The translations under genes were made by a program, and so were the position numbers. A DNA stretch of 64,000 nucleotides from Octopus sinensis (lineage: Eukaryota): NCBI RefSeq assembly GCF_006345805.1, contig NC_043001.1:133858001-133922000 (forward strand), written 5' to 3'. The notes below the pieces were generated by a model. It did no database searches and was not told the origin of the DNA. It saw only the letters and a list, made by a program, of their open reading frames with translations. How positions within the stretch are numbered: position 1 is the first letter of the stretch; the number at the start of each line of letters is the position of its first letter. Positions 1 through 64,000 of the stretch are shown here, piece after piece.

Positions 1-930
1 TTGGTACACAAGCATCAATATGTCCTTCACTCAGAGAGTGAATCCTGTATTAACAGAAGTGATAGCTCCCTGAATTTTTTCCATACCATTCTTATTCTGG
101 CTATTCTTTTGGAACATCTACATTTACTATCTGCTCAGTCACCTAACCAACCTGTGATTCTACTATACTTTGTGCACTATAGTTTACATTAGGTACACCA
201 TTTGAAATTCTTACCTTCCCATTTTTTGCATATCAAAGGGATTTAAGTTCTGTCTTTCCAGTGATTAAAGCATTGATTCTAGGTTTTACTTTCACACATG
301 AAATTGCTTCTAAATCTTCAACAGATTCAGCTATAAATACTAGATCAGCAGCATACAGCATATAGGAGGAATTCTTATATACAGCTGATCTTAAATTCCC
401 TTGTAATGGTTTGAAGAACTACAATAAACAGAAGGTGGCTGAGAACCAAGCACAGATGGCTATCTATCTAAATTCCTTGCTGAAATCTGCTGATAGCATA
501 CATGGAAAAAGCTTAAAAGCCATGTCACTCAAACCTAGCTTTCTAGTGACCATTAAATTACAGACCCTGGTACTCTGTCAAAGCCTTTTTTAAGGTCATG
601 AATACTAAGTATTGTGGCTTTGTCTTAGCTAAGATCTTTTGTAGTTGTATCACTAGGAATACAGCCTTGGTTGTAAATTGTCCTGACATAAACCCAAATT
701 GCATCTCATCTAATTTAATTTTCTTAATTCTGCTAAAACTCTTTTGGAACCGGTTACTTTCAAAACCTGTCCCATCAGTTTGATGCTTCTTTGTTGAGTG
801 TCTTCTTTGCCCTAGTATAGCAGTTGATGCTGCTGCTGCTGTCCTAGTTATTGAGTATGACTCCTCCCTTCTATCTGATTGACTATGTAAATGACTAACA
901 TGTGTCCTACTTTGCAGAATATCTTTCACT
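1..930 (-). mobile_element. decayed RTE-clade LINE, RT region
   Basis: Minus-strand translation DEMQFGFMSGQFTTKAVFL..QLQ resembles the RTE QFGF..G.GTTDAIF motif; a WKKFREL-like stretch lies near position 100. Confidence 0.8.
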
Positions 931-1000
931 TCTCAATGGCTATTCCTGATCGTTCAGTTGCTTTCCCTGTTTTCATGTCTTTGTGTTTTATTACATATAC

Positions 1001-1208
1001 TCTTTTACTCTTTTACTTGTTTCAGTCATTTGACTGCGGCCATGCTGGAGCACCACCTTTAGTCGAGCAAATTGACCCCGGGACTTATTCTTTGTAAGCC
1101 CAGTACTTATTCTATCGGTCTCTTTTGCCGAACCGCTAAGTGACGGGGACATAAACACACCAGCATCGGTTGTCAGGCAATGCTAGGGGGACAAACACAG
1201 ACACACAA

Positions 1209-1271
<63 letters not shown>

Positions 1272-1431
1272 TACGACAGGCTTCTTTCAGTTTCCGTCTA
1301 CCAAATCCACTCACAAGGCATTGGTCGGCCCGGGGCTATAGCAGAAGACACTTGCCCAAGATGCCACGCAGTGGGACTGAACCCGGAACCATGTGGTTGG
1401 TTAGCAAGCTACTTACCACACAGCCACTCCT
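1001..1431 (-). mobile_element. SINE family B (CORE-like, central (TA)n/(TG)n, AAAGAGT tail)
   Basis: Near-identical to copies at 3584, 10154, 11922 and 13491. Confidence 0.9.
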
Positions 1432-2611
1432 ATCTGTCAACTTTAATTGCTGGTCTCCTTGTTGGATCTCCTTCCTCTTTTTCCCATTCTTAAAATTCAG
1501 AAGCTTCTCAATAACATTTCCATGTCTCTTTCTTCTTGGTGTCAGTGATGGTAAATGCACTGTTATCATTCCAAGTATAGATTTCATCAACAATTTCTTG
1601 CTTTTTACTGTCAGCTCCTCTCCATTCTATGTATACATAGTATTTAGTATCTCCTGTAGCAACTTTGCTTGCGGCAGGTCACCTCATAGAAATCTCCCAG
1701 TTGTATGTTATGTTATCACTCTTTTTCTCCCACAGCTTATCACAAATGTCAACTAAAGCTTCTTTAAACCAAAGTCTGGTCAGGTAATCTGTCAGCTTCT
1801 GTACCATCCTTCTCATGATTGTCTTATTTCAATTAGTCTATTTAGTTCTTATCTTGAAGTTGCTGATCATTTATTTATATTAATCGGTACATTCTTCACA
1901 AGGGGAAAGACTTAGTATTTACATCATCAATTAATGTCCTTTTTACCATGCTGGCATGGGTTAAACAGTTTGACAGGAACTGATGAGCTAGAAGGCTGTG
2001 CTAGCTTCAACATCTGTGTTGGTATAGTTTCTATAGCTGGATGCCCTTCCTAATGTCAATCACTTCAGTGAGTGGAGAAAACATTCTCTCTTATGATAAA
2101 GGGTGTAAAAACACCATATCTGTCTCATACTTCCCCTGTTGGATTCCCAGATGCGATTCTAACTTTTTAGCCATTATCAATGGGAAATACTGAATAGAGG
2201 CAACTCTGGACAGACTTAATTAAAGCTGTAGCTTTAGCTAAAACACAGTCAGCAGCATTGACTGATGGGCTTCTTTCAGTTTCTGTCTATCAAATCCACT
2301 TAGAAGCTTTGGTCAGCCCGAGGCTATAGTAAAAGACACTTGCCCAAAGTGCTGCACAGTGGGACTGAACCTGAGACAAGATGGTTGGGAAGCAAGCTTC
2401 TTCCCCACACAACCATATCGGTGCATACACACAAATGCATGCATGCATGTATTCAATCCATGTCAGTTTTTAATGGGTTAAAATGAAAATTAATTATTGG
2501 GGTTTGTCTAAATATATGTAATTCTGATACAAATATCTATGATTTAAATATTTTATAATCAAAATATTTCCAAAGTACGCTATTAATACATAAAATCTTT
2601 CTTTTTTTTAG

Positions 2612-63699
<61,088 letters not shown>

Positions 63700-63909
63700 A
63701 CTAACATTACAATGAAGATCTTATGTATCTGGTGTAAACAATACAAGATATTAGATCTGGACATCTGGTAAAATATTATATGGAACATTATAGGAATTTA
63801 ATTTTGTTCCAGTTACTTTCAAAACAGCTTCTTTTAACTCAAATGAGTTTAAAGGAACTTTCACTTTTTTTTTCTTAAATCTAATTTCTTTTATTTCAAT
63901 TTCTTTTTT

Positions 63910-63915
63910 AATAAA
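63910..63915 (+). promoter_or_regulatory. candidate polyadenylation signal
   Basis: First AATAAA after the stop codon, followed by U-rich sequence. The background is AT-rich, so this is weak. Confidence 0.35.
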
Positions 63916-64000
63916 ACTTTTTTTTCATTTGTAAATATTCTTAATTTATTTTTTTATATTTTACTTAATTTTTTAAAACTAGTTATTTCAATTACCATAA

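Noticed and set aside
1170-1493. ORFs with YIYIYI/HTHT runs (also 3564, 10317, 12093, 13679, 46324)
   Set aside because: Translations of SINE family B microsatellites.

Overview
AT-rich, repeat-dense eukaryotic genomic DNA. The SINE families and (TA)n density suggest a coleoid cephalopod, probably Octopus (inference). One multi-exon gene spans the window on the + strand: a Tudor / coiled-coil / kinase-like protein that I recognise as STK31 (TDRD8). I assembled 26 GT-AG exons by hand (2612-63699). They join into one phase-consistent, stop-free reading frame of about 1260-1275 aa; the true 5' end may lie upstream of the window. The Tudor aromatic cage appears intact, but the kinase has lost its catalytic motifs. 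The introns hold at least five SINE-type families, RTE/CR1/RTE-X-like LINE fragments, two gypsy relics, two mariner relics, TTAA MITEs, a hAT MITE and non-autonomous Helitrons. The most unusual structures are: a perfect 230-bp palindrome whose arms carry a hammerhead-ribozyme-like core (46566-46795); a 66-bp hairpin 58 nt from a splice donor; a tRNA-Glu half fused to a retroposon tail; a Helitron arrangement bracketing two exons; and an identical 163-bp direct repeat. All coordinates were counted by eye. Family names and protein similarities come from recalled motifs, not database searches. Repeat boundaries are approximate unless a TSD or TIR is quoted.
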